This document shows positions 13,688 to 28,714 of a DNA stretch of 64,000 nucleotides, piece after piece (within the stretch, counting starts at the first letter, position 1; every line of letters begins with the position of its first letter). A program made the translations under genes and the position numbers. A model generated the notes under the pieces. The model did not search any database. It was not told the origin of the DNA and was given only the letters and a program-made list of their open reading frames with translations. The DNA comes from Eledone cirrhosa (lineage: Eukaryota), in assembly GCA_964016885.1 (NCBI GenBank), contig OZ024743.1, forward strand, positions 558,001 through 622,000, written 5' to 3'.

Positions 13688-14929
13688 CTATTACTTCTCG
13701 CTGTAGTGGTGGTAGGTCTGCTGCTGTTGATGATATGGATATTTATATCAAATTCTACTGATGTCCGCCCAAAGTAACAAAAAAGGCGTATATAGGTAAA
13801 TAAATAAACGTGATATGATCCCAGTTTTTAAAAAAAAACGATAATATTGAAAAATCCTGTATATGTTTGATGAATCCTTTTTCATACTATCGTCTTTTAT
13901 TTCAAAATGAATTCATAGTAAATTTTGCCTTTCATCCTTCATGTGTGTGTATTTTTACAATATCTACCCTAATTTACTCTATTTTAAATTTATATTAGTA
14001 AACGAGATATATGTTAAAGAGAGATTGCGAACGAAGTCTTTTTAACTGAATACGGCTCTGCTGCTTCAAACATTGGCAACTCCACCGCTGTTACCGCCGC
14101 CACCACCACCACCATTTTTGGGGAATGGAAAAATCGATTAAATCAACCCCGGTGCTTTACTGGCACTTTATTTCGTCGACCACCGAGAGTAAATTGTGCC
14201 TGAAAAGGAAATATGTTCGTTATCGCTGGACCGTCAGGCCTGTACAGTTGAAACTATTATGGTGTTAACCAACAAGCAATAACAACTAAAACAAAATCGA
14301 AAACTGTTATATTGGTCCAGTGACACAGATTTGTAAGTAAAAATTACAGCTCTTTGAATTGACACAAACACACGTCTGACACTGTAATTAGTGTCCCGAA
14401 ATTAGACTGCAATGTATCTAATATTAGCACATCTAGTATTCGTTATAACAAGTTTATTAACATCGGTAATTCTAACAAACTAATGTACCAAGTCATCGAA
14501 CAAATCTCTTAGGATCAACAAACAGTTACAATTGGGTGGCAGAAAACGGATTAAGTAATTAATTTTGTTTAGTATTCGACCACCTAATTTTTTTCTTGTG
14601 CTTTGATGTTACATACTATATTATAAACTACGGATTCCTACTTTGTGGCTTAACATAGTAGGAAAACAAAACATTGCTAAACCTCAAATATTAACACTAA
14701 CATCATAGCATACAAGGACTCATTAGATAATTCAATCGGGTTTCAGAAAATGTTTGCATAAATTAAGGGCTAGTTTTCACATAAGGGAAAGGGACCTGAA
14801 AGTAACTTAGTACATGCTACAAAATTCCTTCCACTTTTTCTTTTGATGCACTGTACTAGAAACAACCAAACAATTGCGCACACGAATATGCAAACACATT
14901 TTCCACACATATACATATATATATGTATT

Positions 14930-14980
<51 letters not shown>

Positions 14981-15067
14981 ATATATATATATATATATAT
15001 TTATTTGTATATATATATATGTATTTGTATATATATATATATATATATGTATTTGTATATATATCTA

Positions 15068-15390
15068 CATCTAAGGCGGGTAAAATTCCCGAGATCCATG
15101 GACGAGTTCTCTCCAGCGGTCTCTGTCCCTCATTATCGCTGCCATATCCTGCATCTCCAACAGACCAGTGTCTGTCCTTAGGGCATCAACATATGTTAAC
15201 CTTGGTCTTCCTCTTCTAGTGTGTCCATGTAGAGGAAGAGCAAGGCCTGGGCGGCGTGTCACAGCTTGAGATCGGTGTGGAAGTCGGACCTTCGTAGAGA
15301 CCTGAAAATCCGCCTCTTCATTGCTGCAGTGGAGTCTGTGCTGCTGTATGGGTCTGAGACTTGGACACTGACCAAGAGACTCACTCAGAT
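15068..15390 (-). mobile_element. RTE LINE 3' fragment with inverted 5' part
   Basis: 15068-15232 is the reverse complement of about 57528-57692; 15231-15390 matches 57171-57330 in forward sense. Confidence 0.9.
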
Positions 15391-17114
15391 TGTATATATA
15401 TATATATATATATATTTAAGTGTACAGACACACACACCGACCCCCCCCCCTCATATATATATGTATATGTATGTATATATATATATGCGTGTATGTGCTT
15501 CCGGATGTGTAAATCGATGCGTTGGATGATGTTTACGACTGTAAAGTGATGTCACACAATATACAGATGAGCTGTTTCATTCAATAAATAGAAAACATAT
15601 CCTCGACGTATAAAAAGAAAGAAACATGAATAAGATTATAGAAAGAGGGTAAAGATTGGAACGAACAAATTGAGCGGATAATAGATAGTGAATTATGAGA
15701 TGTAAAGATGTAAAGGAAAATTTGTTTGAAAATATTCATAACAGAAATTAATAAAAGAATGTCAATGATAGAGAGATGGTATGAGATTAGGTATAATATA
15801 CACCAAGATGTTTCAATTTAACAAACGATAGAAAATAAGGTGAAACACTTAAACTGACGAGATATGAATTTAGCAACACACAGTGACTATAACAGACAAA
15901 TCCAGCGGTGGCAAAGTCACTTCATGGACGTGTAAACTGTTAGATATAGTAGGCAAACGCCTATCAAATAGCACATTACTTGCTTCAAAACAAGAAAGGA
16001 TACGTTGAAAATGTAATTCTAGATATCATCTCTTTGACAAGATAAGAAGACTGTCTCTATATAGGCGCTATAACTGCTAAAAACACCGTCAAATATCCCT
16101 CAAATAACATCCTAACGTCATAAACTGAAAACAAATTAGAATATATCTCTAAGCATGGAGGATAGACAGGACTGGAACCTCTTGAAACTATGTATGCTTG
16201 ATTAGGGCCAAAATGGGACTAACGAACAACAATGATACTAAAAGCAATTGAAGTATGGAAAAAATAAAAAAAAAGGTATGCGAACTTGCATGTGAATGAG
16301 AGAAAGACAGAACGTATTAAGACCTTACTAGAAACGTTTTTCACACACTTCGCGTTTGAAGATTTCATTTGATCTATATACGTCGAGCCATTATTAAGCT
16401 AGAAAGCTAGGTCTGTCTTATTCCTTTCATCTTCAATGAACAATTTAGTATGGTTCCCATTCACTCTCTTACTCACAGATTCTCTTTTTCACCATCTCTC
16501 ACTCACTCTCATATTCTCTCTTTTTCTTTCTCCCCTCCCTGTTTATGAAACGATTATTCATTATTGTATGAATGGCAACAACAAAATGTAATATTTTGCA
16601 AATAATATAAAATTATTTACACGCATAAAGGCTAGCCCTATAAATGCTAATGACCCTCATTGAAGGATTAATAATTTTTGATACAGAAATGGCATTTGTC
16701 GCGAAAACTACTGCAATTCTCTCTAGTCCACCCCCCTCTCTCTCATATATATATATATAATATAAAGTCCACAACACTTTTAAAAACTATTCGGAGATTT
16801 GTAGGCTCAACTGTCCAAAGTTCTCTCTATGCATGAAGGCTTACTATGCTTAGTGTCTGGCAATGAAGTGTAGGGGTATTGTAGAGTTCAAGCTAGCTGA
16901 TGAATAGTGGGGATACAAGTGAAATGTGGTCAGAGTGTCTTAAGAATGGATCGCTGAATATATTTTACTGAAAAACCAACTAGCAGAAGACCCAAAGGTG
17001 GACAGCGAACTAGAAGGTTGGATAACATGTATGAGCTCGGCTTGCCTCGTTTGGGAATCCAGCCGGATGAATTGAACATTTGAGAGAGAGGAAAGACTGT
17101 TACAAGGAGCGAAA

Positions 17115-17716
17115 TATCGCGATAAATTAACGGAGCCATAGACTCTCGCCATTCCCTGTAAATAATGTGCTGAAAGGAGAGGAAACCCTGAGCTCTTTAA
17201 AATACAATATGTTGAAAAGGTAACACACTAGAGAGAGATACAGTGCGCTATCAATAAAACATTTCGCTCCTTATAAGAGTCTTTCTTCTCCCTCTCTGTT
17301 TGGTTGAGAACACTTCTCTGAGTGGTTTGAGGCTGGCCTTTCTAGCAGCTCGTCCCTCAGAGGCCACTGGTTCACTGCCTTTAAATACGCTATGACTTCT
17401 CTATCCCACGTGTAGCTGGACAGTCATTTTAAAATTCTCTTAGTGTTGTCTGAAATGTATAGCCTTAGACACGCTGAAGAAACGGGGTTATTCCATTTCT
17501 GTCAACAAATTACTGGCGAAACAGATCTCTTTGGATTTGTACGTGTATTATATAATTATAGAGGTATTTATTTACGCTTTAATTTATATGTTTAATTATC
17601 GTGTCTATAGTCTGCCTTTCATAGGTTATAGATTCCATAAACTGCTGGTTTTCCCTGTTTTATTGATAGCGCACTGTAACTCTCTCTAGTGTGTTACCTT
17701 TTCAACATGTTGTCTA
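17115..17716 (+). mobile_element. HHR-bearing PLE-type terminal segment with inverted 5' piece (family B)
   Basis: 17445-17712 matches 38171-38440; 17115-17250 is an inverted copy of the downstream tail (38385-38530 and 17658-17712). Confidence 0.8.
17469..17546 (+). ncRNA. Type I hammerhead ribozyme
   Basis: acacg CTGAAGA ... GAAAC agatct cttt ggattt GTA cgtgt; stem II weak. Confidence 0.65.
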
Positions 17717-17724
17717 TATATATG

Positions 17725-17759
<35 letters not shown>

Positions 17760-17766
17760 GTATGTG

Positions 17767-17805
<39 letters not shown>

Positions 17806-18151
17806 TTGAATTGGAGCTCTGAAATAGCAATATATATATGGATGTATATATAATGTATTTTGCAATACACTTTATGCTTAATTAAAAGCATTTTGAAGAC
17901 CGTAAGCTATTGTTTCAAAGTAGTGACAAATTCACTCACTTTGATCTCAGCAAACAGGGGAGATAAGCCGACAAGACTTGTTTCGCTTTGGTTGAAGCTT
18001 ATCAAGGCCAACTACCCCACCTGTTTACTGAGATCATTGATGTTATATTCTTATAGAAATCTAGTAAATAATCAGGAGCTGATTATGCAGAGCGGTTGTT
18101 GGTCAGGCAGAAATTAAAAATTAGAATTGGAGCTCTGAAATAGCAATATAT

Positions 18152-18570
18152 GGGCGGTTCTTCCATGTATATGAAGAAATATAAGGCAATAAATGAAGAA
18201 AACAGAAAATGTGTTATAACACAAACACATTTAGTTTGATTATCTTGTCCTCATACCAATCTATCCAACATATTTCTGACCTTGAGATTGGTTATAGCAC
18301 ACACACACTTTATCCTACATTATTTTTCAAATGCACTGGGATAATTGCTGGCCTTGTGCCTAAAGTAGAAACTATTATTTTTCACTTCTCCATATTCATT
18401 TTCATTACTTTTTCACCAAGTTTTCATTTATTCTTTATTCTTTATTCTCTATTTATTTATTTATTTTCAAATTATACAAATTATATTAATTATTTTATTA
18501 TATTATTTATTTATTTTCTGTTTTCTTCATTTATTGCCTTATATTTCTTCATATACATGGAAGACCCCCC
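18152..18570. repeat. Inverted repeat, about 55-bp arms, 300-bp spacer
   Basis: TCTTCCATGTATATGAAGAAATATAAGGCAATAAATGAAGAAAACAGAAAA and its reverse complement at about 18512-18563. Confidence 0.85.
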
Positions 18571-19098
18571 CCACCACTATGAGAGATGGTGGCAGGAGGG
18601 ATGAAGAAAAAACACACACTGGATACTTCTAAATTGTTAGCAGCAGTAAGATATAAGCTGACCACAACACCAACAACACTACCAAAATAATGGTAGAGGT
18701 CAAATGTACTGAACAATAGCAAGCAAAAACACTACATGGAGCCTCACCCCAGAAAGAATTCTATAGACTTCCGACTGAGGAATGCTCACAGAACTGACCA
18801 ATGGGAAGTTTGACACTCCTTTTGTTATTTTGTTCCTTTAACACCTTGTCCCTTCTACCATTTTATCAATTGTTTAAGCTAACTCCAGCAATAACAACAC
18901 TTAGAATGAGGAATGTTCTAATAACTGACCAATGAGAGGAGAAGGGGGCCTTTGACACTGAAATTCGTTTGTTTGAATTCATATGACTCCAGTTCCTCAT
19001 TGAAATAACAACCCAACAAGGAACTGAGCATATCAGAGTATTGACAATATTATACACCTCAACAACATATGTACTCGTCTATACCATACTAATTCAAC

Positions 19099-19151
19099 CT
19101 GCCTGAAGAGGTCACAGCCAAAGATGGCTGTCACTGAAATATATATAGCAG
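19099..19151 (+). ncRNA. Minimal type I hammerhead ribozyme
   Basis: ctgc CTGAAGA g gtc acagcca aaga tggctgt cac t GAAAT atat ATA gcag, then AATAAA and a PLE-type tail to about 19272. Confidence 0.8.
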
Positions 19152-19271
19152 TAATAAACGAAGCTAAATTTTAATCATTTGACTTTAATTTAACTTTATT
19201 TTACACTACTCCGGAGTAACCAAACCAACCTGCGCACTTCGTCGAATGCTCCAACCAACATAAACTCAAAA

Positions 19272-19308
<37 letters not shown>

Positions 19309-19940
19309 GTAAATATCTTTAAGTCGTTTGGAAGCCTCGACAATGCAAATGGGTAAATCTCCGGGTAACAAGGTCCGGTGGTGGAGAGAGAGATGTAAGT
19401 GGGTGTACGTTGAGATGCGTGGTGTGTATAAGATGTGTGAGATGTGTAGAATGAAGGGAAGAGTATAAAGGATAAAATAAAAATAACAACACAAGAGAGA
19501 GTTACCTTGGGAGAGATTTAATAGTCCCTATATATTTGGGATTCACATCCATCAACTGGGGTTTTTCCGGGGTGGGGGAAAAGGTTGTCTGTCGACAACC
19601 TTTGAATATCGTAATTCAAAACAACAAACAGCGAAGGACGCGTTCCGGACTTGTCCGACAGACAACCTTTTCCCCACCCCGGAAAAACCCCAGTTGATGG
19701 ATGTGAATCCGAAATATATAGGGACTATTAAATCTCTCCCAAGGTAACTCTCTCTTGTGTTGTTATTTTTATTTTATCCTTTATACTCTTCCCTTCATTC
19801 TACACATCTCACACATCTTATACACACCACGCATCTCAACGTACACCCACTTACATCTCTCTCTCCACCACCGGACCTTGTTATCCGGAGATTTACCCAT
19901 TTGCATTGTCAAGGCTTCCAAACGACTTAAAGATATTTAC
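19309..19940. repeat. Large palindrome, about 290-bp arms, about 52-bp spacer; decayed HHR
   Basis: Mirror ORFs 19201-19494(-) and 19755-20012(+); ccc cagttga t ggat gtga atcc GAAATATATA ggg. Confidence 0.95.
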
Positions 19941-20046
19941 TTATTGTTCCACAATGCTTCAAGCAAACTTCAATACTCTCTTATATATATATATGTATAT
20001 ATACGATATTAAACAAATGGAAACTATATTTATAAAACCATATTTA

Positions 20047-20108
20047 TTTCATTATACATATTTCAGGGATACCATATTAAAAATATGGCATGCCTTCGTC
20101 AGATAAAA
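20047..20108 (-). ncRNA. Hammerhead ribozyme, mirror copy
   Basis: Reverse complement of 20340-20401. Confidence 0.8.
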
Positions 20109-20339
20109 TACAATATATAAACAGTTTTATAAATAATTTTGACGTACCATATTATAAGCGACCATTAAATTAGGAAGCTGTCTGGGTAGTGATTTACTCT
20201 TTTACCTGTTTCAGCCATCCGGCTGAGGCCATTGTTTATAATTATTTAGTTATAGTTAAAAAAAAGACAGCATCCTAATTTAATGGTCGCTTATAATATG
20301 GTACGTCAAAATTATTTATAAAACTGTTTATATATTGTA

Positions 20340-20401
20340 TTTTATCTGACGAAGGCATGCCATATTTTTAATATGGTATCCCTGAAATATGTATAATGAA
20401 A
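20340..20401 (+). ncRNA. Minimal type I hammerhead ribozyme
   Basis: ttttat CTGACGA agg c atgccatatt ttt aatatggtat c cct GAAAT atgt ATA atgaaa. Confidence 0.8.
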
Positions 20402-20534
20402 TAAATATGGTTTTATAAATATAGTTTCCATTTGTTTAATATCGTATATATACTCCAAAAACTTGTCGAGTGCTTTATATCAGTTATAAAATATTTACTT
20501 GTTGTAACCCAACAATTTTAAATAAAACCTTTGC

Positions 20535-21470
<936 letters not shown>

Positions 21471-21987
21471 CGTTGGAAGGAAAGAGATATGTAGGCACAA
21501 AGGAACAGAGAGACAAAGTGTTATATACAAACAGAATATGTACAGTAAATATAAAAAGAAAGCTAGAGAAATATAGAAACATTGAGGAAGTGGGACGAAA
21601 GAGAATCTAGTACCCTCCTACCTCCCCTGACACGCCCCCACTTCTTGTTTCATCAGCCTGCATACATTAACCGAGTTTGGAGCACGACAGCTTTCAGAGT
21701 TGGATTGTTATTTTAAGGCGTGTGTAATGGATGAAATCACTTGCCTAGGCGAGTGATTCCTTCATACAATTACACAGCTGTACATAGATAACACACATAC
21801 TGTCAAACATGTACACACTCAGGATCTATTAACCCACATTTTACACACACAAATACACATCTACACACAAACATTTACATACACTCATATATTGAAAATA
21901 GAATTAGAAGCTTTCACTGTAGATCTAGTACAGAAAAAATACAATATTAGGGCATATGAACTCCCATAACGGAGTAAATGGGCTTTA

Positions 21988-22059
21988 GCGCGCGTGGGAA
22001 TTGAACCCACACTTCATAGTTTTGCGGTAAGTATGCTAGACCGATTACAGAAACACACC
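21988..22059 (-). pseudogene. tRNA-like relic or SINE head
   Basis: 72-nt GGTGTGTTTCTGTAATCGGTCTAGC...GTGGGTTCAATTCCCACGCGCGC with T-arm and B-box; anticodon arm imperfect; related fragments at 22245-22300. Confidence 0.45.
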
Positions 22060-24030
22060 CACCCGATTCTTTAGAGCCTATAGAGTTAAGAGCGGCAAAT
22101 ATGAAAGAACGTGTGAATTGGATACGGTGGTGATTGAACATTTTCAGAATAGTATTAGAAACTTTCAATGTAAATTGACTACAGAATATAATCCGATATT
22201 AGAGCATACGACCCACACCCACAGTAACGGACAACATACGAATTAGTGTGAGTGTGAATCGAACCCACACCTCAGGTGTGTGTTGGTGTAATCGGCCTCG
22301 CAGTATTATCGCGAAAATAAGACGTGTATATCATCCAAACAGTCACAAGAAAACACGTATCAGATGGGGTTATATACCCATTCACTCTTAGTATCTAAAC
22401 TATAATAAAGGAAGGTATGCGGGATTGCGTACGGTTTATTTTTTTTTATCCCGTTTGTAAAATAATGTGGATTACTTTGAATAAATAATGAATGAATATT
22501 ACATAATTTATCTACTAAATTTCGTGGCTGTTCATTAAATATATTTTAAGATTTAAGATTTCTGAAATGTCAACACTTCCGGTGGCGATCACATAAATAA
22601 ACATACTAATTTTCCGTCACTAATTTTCTCCTAATGCAGTTTATATATAACATCCTCTTTTTTAATGTATCATGGATTACGTTACTGATTACATAAGTCT
22701 TCGTTCAATTTCTATGTATTAAATATTGTCAATTACGATTTTATTTGATGTATCATATCTACATCTATATATACCTGCGTATAATATCAATATACACACT
22801 ACACATGCTAGCAGAAAACCACTCGAAGGGTGGTTTTTCTGCTAGTTATTCAGTAATGGACTTACTAATTTGCAAATAATTAGCACTCGTATTGGTAATT
22901 AAAAAAGATATATATTAAGAAGTGTCATAGCAGCCTAAGTGTACGTTAAATTTTATCTGTATACATAGTGTGTAATTGAGACAGAACCAATGATTATATA
23001 AATATACTCATATTTAATATGTAGGCATGTATACATGCCAGAAAATATGGGATTAAAACTTGAACCATCTAGTTGTGAATGGAATTCTCAGTTTACTACA
23101 ATGTAGGCGGTATTTGACCCGGGACTGAGCGCTCTGAATTCAAATCCCACAGAAATAAATTTCAGCTGTCATCATTTAGTAGAGTGTTAGAGTATCTTTC
23201 AGTATTTTTATGGTCTTTTGCACTCTTAGATCAAATGAAACCTGGCTCGTTTTAGTAGAAGACTTACTCCATCTTTCCATTCAACACCCGACTCTGGTTT
23301 CTGTTTGCTTTTAGCGCAGTTCATTCTCTTGGAAGCACTTGGAATAGGTCTACGATTTTAGAGCTCCTCGTTTTCTCCAAGACGCCAGTTTCGGAATCCC
23401 TGAAAAATCATTGGTTATGACCTTCATTTCCTGACTGAGCAGTAATGATATTGTCATAGTATTCTGACTTGTCTGTCTGCCTATCTTAAGTCAAATTCTA
23501 CATATAGTGACAGGGTATGCTGGTATTGAAGCTAGCTGGCGTCAACAAACTATATCCTTTATTGTCCAGGTGTGTTTTAAAGTTGGGTGAGCTGCCTTGT
23601 GGTACGTTCAAATGGAACAACTTTTTCGAAGTGGAACATTACGAAGAAATGAAATTTATTTCTCAAACGCACCCGAGATAGAGTGCTTCTGGTCATGTTC
23701 TTCCTATGAATTTCATATTTAAAATAAATTCAAGTTGAAGATATCTTTTTACTTAAACTCGACTACAATGACATGATTATATTTATTCGATGTTCTTCAA
23801 GTTCACTGGTAAGAAGCGAGACAGCACTCAGCTACTTTTCTATGCAATCACACACAAACTCACGTAACATAAAACCGTAAACACGCACGCCATATTTTGT
23901 TTATAAACTGGACATTATCTCTTTATATCTAAAGTTTCATTAGATATAAGACTGTTTGTGAAATTAACAGGGTGTTGAGCATAAACTTACATGCACTCTT
24001 TTGAAATCTGATAGTGTCTTATTGGTAGTT

Positions 24031-24211
24031 ATTGGCAGTATCGGTAGAGGGCCGGACGCCATGCTTTCCAGCATAGTTACGTCCCTTTACGGTCTGAGTT
24101 AAAATCCCGTCGAGGTTAACTTTGCCTTTCATCCTTACGGGTTCGATAAAATAAAGTACCAGTAATGTACTGGGTAATTGCTGGCCTTGTGCCAAAAGTA
24201 GAAACAATTAT
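24031..24211 (+). mobile_element. SINE family 1 copy
   Basis: Matches 9180-9360. Confidence 0.9.
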
Positions 24212-24389
24212 TTATTGTATTATGTAGGTGTGCGTGTGTGTGTGTGTGGGGGGGGGGGGGGTGCACATGGTTGTATGTTTAAGACGTTCGTTTTCAAGCT
24301 TCGTGTCTGTTGCTGTAGTCGTGACTAAATGAAAATTGGTAGGCGGAAAATGTGTGGCAGCCCGTAGCATATATATATATATATATATA

Positions 24390-24491
24390 CAGGGTATCCC
24401 TCAAAAAATGTATACAAAAAGGCTGTGCATTCTAATAAATATTGCCTGTACAGGTAATCAAAGTATGTATACATTTTTGGGGGACACCCAG
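24390..24491. mobile_element. 102-bp Tc1/mariner-type MITE in (TA)n
   Basis: TIRs CAGGGTATCCCTCAAAAAATGTATACA / TGTATACATTTTTGGGGGACACCCAG, flanked by TA. Confidence 0.75.
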
Positions 24492-26128
24492 TATATATAT
24501 ATATATATATATTTAGCCGAGCAAGCTCGACCATCATAATCATCATCAGGTCGACCATCATAATCATCTGGTCGAGCAAGCTCGACCTGATGATGATGAT
24601 GATATATATATGTGTGTGTGTGTGTGTCAGCGTTTAGACAAAAAGAGGTGGATATTTATTGGATGTTTATTGAATAGTTTAGTTTCTTGAGTACAATAAG
24701 ATATTAGCTATTAGATTGAAAGAGTCTTGTGTACAACATGGGCTGTGTATATCAGACTGATGTTTGAAATTTACGAATGTATAGATATATGTAAGGACTC
24801 TAGTTATTGGCCTCTAGCTTCAAGAATCATCGGGGGTATTGACATTTTCCCTCGTTGGCAATCAAGCAAGTGTTGATTAAGATCTTCTTACCAGTTCATT
24901 GAATGCCCCTCCCTACTCGCCTAATGACTGAACTAGAAAATGAGAACATTTTCATTCCCAGAGAGGTTCCAGTTGTTTGAAAATGTTTAATGTGTTGTGT
25001 CATTGATTCGTTTGCATTGTTTGCGTTCCATGTTTTTAAATTTCAGTTAATATTAGTGTATTATACTTAGAGTCTCTGAAGCTAAGTACGCCTTTGATAC
25101 TCTTAGCTGTAATGTAATAAATATTCTTTCTTATTTTATTATAAAATTGTACATAAACTTTAATAACCCAAACGACAAAGATACATTTATTTGCCAGTAA
25201 CTCTCTCTCTCTCTCTCTCTCTCTCTTTTTCTCTGTAATAAGATTCATGGTGAGCGTCATACATGATTAAAATTGTACACAAAGCAGATAAAACCAAACC
25301 GGTTGTATTCCAGACACTGAATTTTCTAAAATTTCCTTTAAGTATATTCAATTTCTGATGAATCACAAATTCTCTCACATGTTGTCAGGAATGGTAAATT
25401 AGCTACATATGTACTCGAGAGGTGTTACTTTATTTTATTTTTTTTTTTTTTTGTAATCATTATCCATCCCTTTGTTAGTTATTAGAATATTATCCTCGTT
25501 TCCCTTCAAAACAATTGGGCGCTTATTACCATCAATTCCTCTAATACCACCGGATTGAAATAATATTTTTCTATCTTATCGTAGTTTTATTTTGACCGAT
25601 ATTGTAATTATCCTCATTACATTTAACCTAGCCTTCCATATTTCCCCTGTTACTTTATTAAGTCTTTTTCTATTCGGTTGTCTATAGTGATATCTTTCAT
25701 GTTTTATTCTTTCTGTTCTCACTTATGTCGAACAATTAGGCAGTTTATCCAATATATATCATGATTTCGAATCATATTGTCTCTCACTATCAAATAATTT
25801 GAAGTGTTATTTTCAGAAATTACCTTTGTATATATAGAGTTACAAACAAACACACGCAAACGGGAAAAGTTAACAGCAGTTGAGTAATACCTTACGACAA
25901 AAAAAAATTGTCTAATTCATTTATTTCAAATTACACAAAATCTGGATATCCTTTCGTAATCTTGAATTGTATTACAAATGTTTTAACTGTCACTTTGTTT
26001 TATCTAGAGCAAGTCAGTAAATTTATTATCAATGAAACAATGGGGTCTTGTAAAGCGTATCTTCTCTTACCGTCATAACCTATAAAATCTTGATTTTCGT
26101 ATATGTTAACATAAAATGCATAGAATAC

Positions 26129-26319
26129 ATAATTGTTTCTACTTTAGGCACAAGGCCAACAATTACCCAGTGTATTACTGGTACTTTATTTTATCGACCC
26201 TGTAAGGATGAAAGGCAAAGTCAACCTCGGCGGGATTTGAACTCAGATCGTAAAGGGACGTAACTATGCTGGAAAGCATGGCATCCGACTCTCTACCGAT
26301 ACTGCCAATCCACCGCCCT
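26129..26319 (-). mobile_element. SINE family 1 copy
   Basis: Full-length reverse complement of 9171-9360. Confidence 0.9.
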
Positions 26320-27012
26320 GCATAGAATACATAATGTTCTTCCTTTCTATTCCTAAACCATTTACTTGTTTTATGTTTGTGAAGGGCAGGTGGATGTTTC
26401 CTCATAATCCCAGAAAACAAAATTGCAAAGGCGTTGCCCTGGAGCATAGCGAGAGGTATGCTGAAAAGGCAAGTCCAACACGCGGAACTTTTTTTTACGG
26501 GTAGCCAACTACGTACTGGTCTGAGTAAATAGGGAAGTGGTTTGCTCAATTGCTCTTCAAACACAGTACTGCTGATTTATACACGACCAAAATCACATAT
26601 AAACAAAACTATTAACCCCATCCTGTTCTTAAGCACCATTTCCTTTCTGCTTCATGAAATACATTCTCTTTATATATAAACAATGTTTAATAATATTCGT
26701 CCATTTCTATAAATTCGTCCATTTGTATAATTTATTTTTAATACCAACTGTCTTTTCCTCGTACCATAAAATAGTCGTAACTTCTCTCCTCCATATGTTG
26801 ATATATTGAAATTTCAATGATCCTTAACTCATACGAAGAGCGATATATATGTAAGGTCTGTCGTTTCACATTATTCAAACAAAAGTGCAATCAGATGGAA
26901 CACTTGAGCTATCGTAAACAGTTTGGCTTTCAGTTAATGTGTATATATATTTATACATATGTATGTGTGTGTTTGTGAGTGTATGTGCGCGTTTATATAT
27001 GTATATATAGAG

Positions 27013-27190
27013 AGTTTCTACGTTTGGCACAAGGCCAGCGATTACCCAAGTGCACCACTGGTACTTTATTTTAGCGACCTCGTAAGGATGAAAAGTAAAG
27101 TTAACCTCGGCCGATTTGAACCCAGAATGCAAAGGGCCATAACTATGCTGCAAAACATGGTGTCTGACGCTCTACCGATACTGCCACACC
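27013..27190 (-). mobile_element. SINE family 1 copy
   Basis: Reverse complement similarity to 9171-9360. Confidence 0.85.
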
Positions 27191-28527
27191 ACCAGATAGA
27201 TATGTATGTGTGTTTGTGTGCCTGTGTGTGTGAGTGTGTTTTGTCCCACTTGAATAATGCTATTGAAAATAGAATGATATCAGTAAGGAGTAAACATGGT
27301 ATTAATTTAAATTATAGTTTCTTATGTATATATAAACGTCTCTATATTTCATGAAATGAGAAATGAGGTGTTGAACGCTCACGATGTTTTATGGTTCCCC
27401 TCGAAGACAGGTGTGGCTTTCCTATATCTTTTTGTAATTTCAGATATCAAAATATAAAAATAGTTACAGCTAACCTCCTTTTGTATATACGTATTGTATA
27501 TACCTATAATGCATTACTTTTTCAGAGGAATTTCATTATAGCCTTCAAAATAATAATACAAGAAAGTAAAGAAATGTTGAAGGAAACGCAAAGAAAAATT
27601 GAATGAAAGATAAAGAGAAACAGAGAGAGAGAAAAGATAAAAGATTATATATATATATATATAAATGAGTTTGTGTGTGAGTGTGTATATGTGTTTGTAT
27701 GTATCCCAAACACTAGCTCAAGAAGTAGATTCCGTGGTGTGACTCGTCTTAATTGCATTTATCCATCAATGGAAGGAGAAAAAGGAAGGAATCGGGGAGG
27801 AGAAATGGAGAACAATAACACTTCTGAAAAGCTTACAATATTCATTTTGAACTTTCTATCTAGTGAACTGTGTATGGGCGTATGTATTATTTTTGAACAC
27901 CTTACAGAATGAAAAACAGAATTAGTCAAAGAACGGGGGAACACATTTAAGCTAATTGGCTCCCACGGGTGTGTATATTATGCTTGTGCATAAGTATGTA
28001 TAGACCCGAAACTCTTGATGGGGACGTAAGGGTGCCGTAGTGATATACAGCTCGTCTTCGAAATTGTATTTACCTCTTGCGGAGCCCATCCCGTCTTTAG
28101 TTCTGAACACAGAGAAGGAGAATCTAAGAGATAGAGATATGGGGAGAAAGATATATAGAGGAGGAATCTACCATATTATATATATATAATATAAAGCATA
28201 TATACTTTATATATAATATAAAGCATATATACCATTTTGTTTCCGAGACGTGTGGTTTCAAACATGTTGCGCCGTTGAATTACTAAATGAATATATCTCA
28301 CTCAATATATTTGTGCAATACCGTTGGACACGGTTTCGGCTAGGCATGGTATATATGCTTCATATTGAATATCTTCCTATATTTTCAGGAATTCTCCCAC
28401 TGAAGCTGGAATTTAAATTCTCCCAATATTGATTGTTCCAATGTTTTAATATCATGACAAGGTGATGCTACCAATGAAAACACACGGACTTGTTGGATTT
28501 ATTTAAATTTATTATTATAATTTACCA

Positions 28528-28714
28528 AGGGCGGTGAATTGGCAGTATCGGTAGAGGGTCAGACACCATGCATAGAGTTACGACCCTTGACATTCTGAGT
28601 TCAAATCCCGCAGAGGTTGACTTTGCCTTTCATCCTTACGGGGTCGATAAAATAATGTACCAGTAAAACACTGGGTAATTTCTGGCCTTCTGCCTAAAGT
28701 AGAAACAATTATTA
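28528..28714 (+). mobile_element. SINE family 1 copy
   Basis: Matches 9171-9360. Confidence 0.9.

Noticed and set aside
16897-16935. CTGATGA...GAAAT..GTC hammerhead candidate
   Set aside because: Stems I and II do not pair
21988-22059. Functional tRNA gene
   Set aside because: The D and anticodon arms pair poorly; more likely a SINE head or pseudogene
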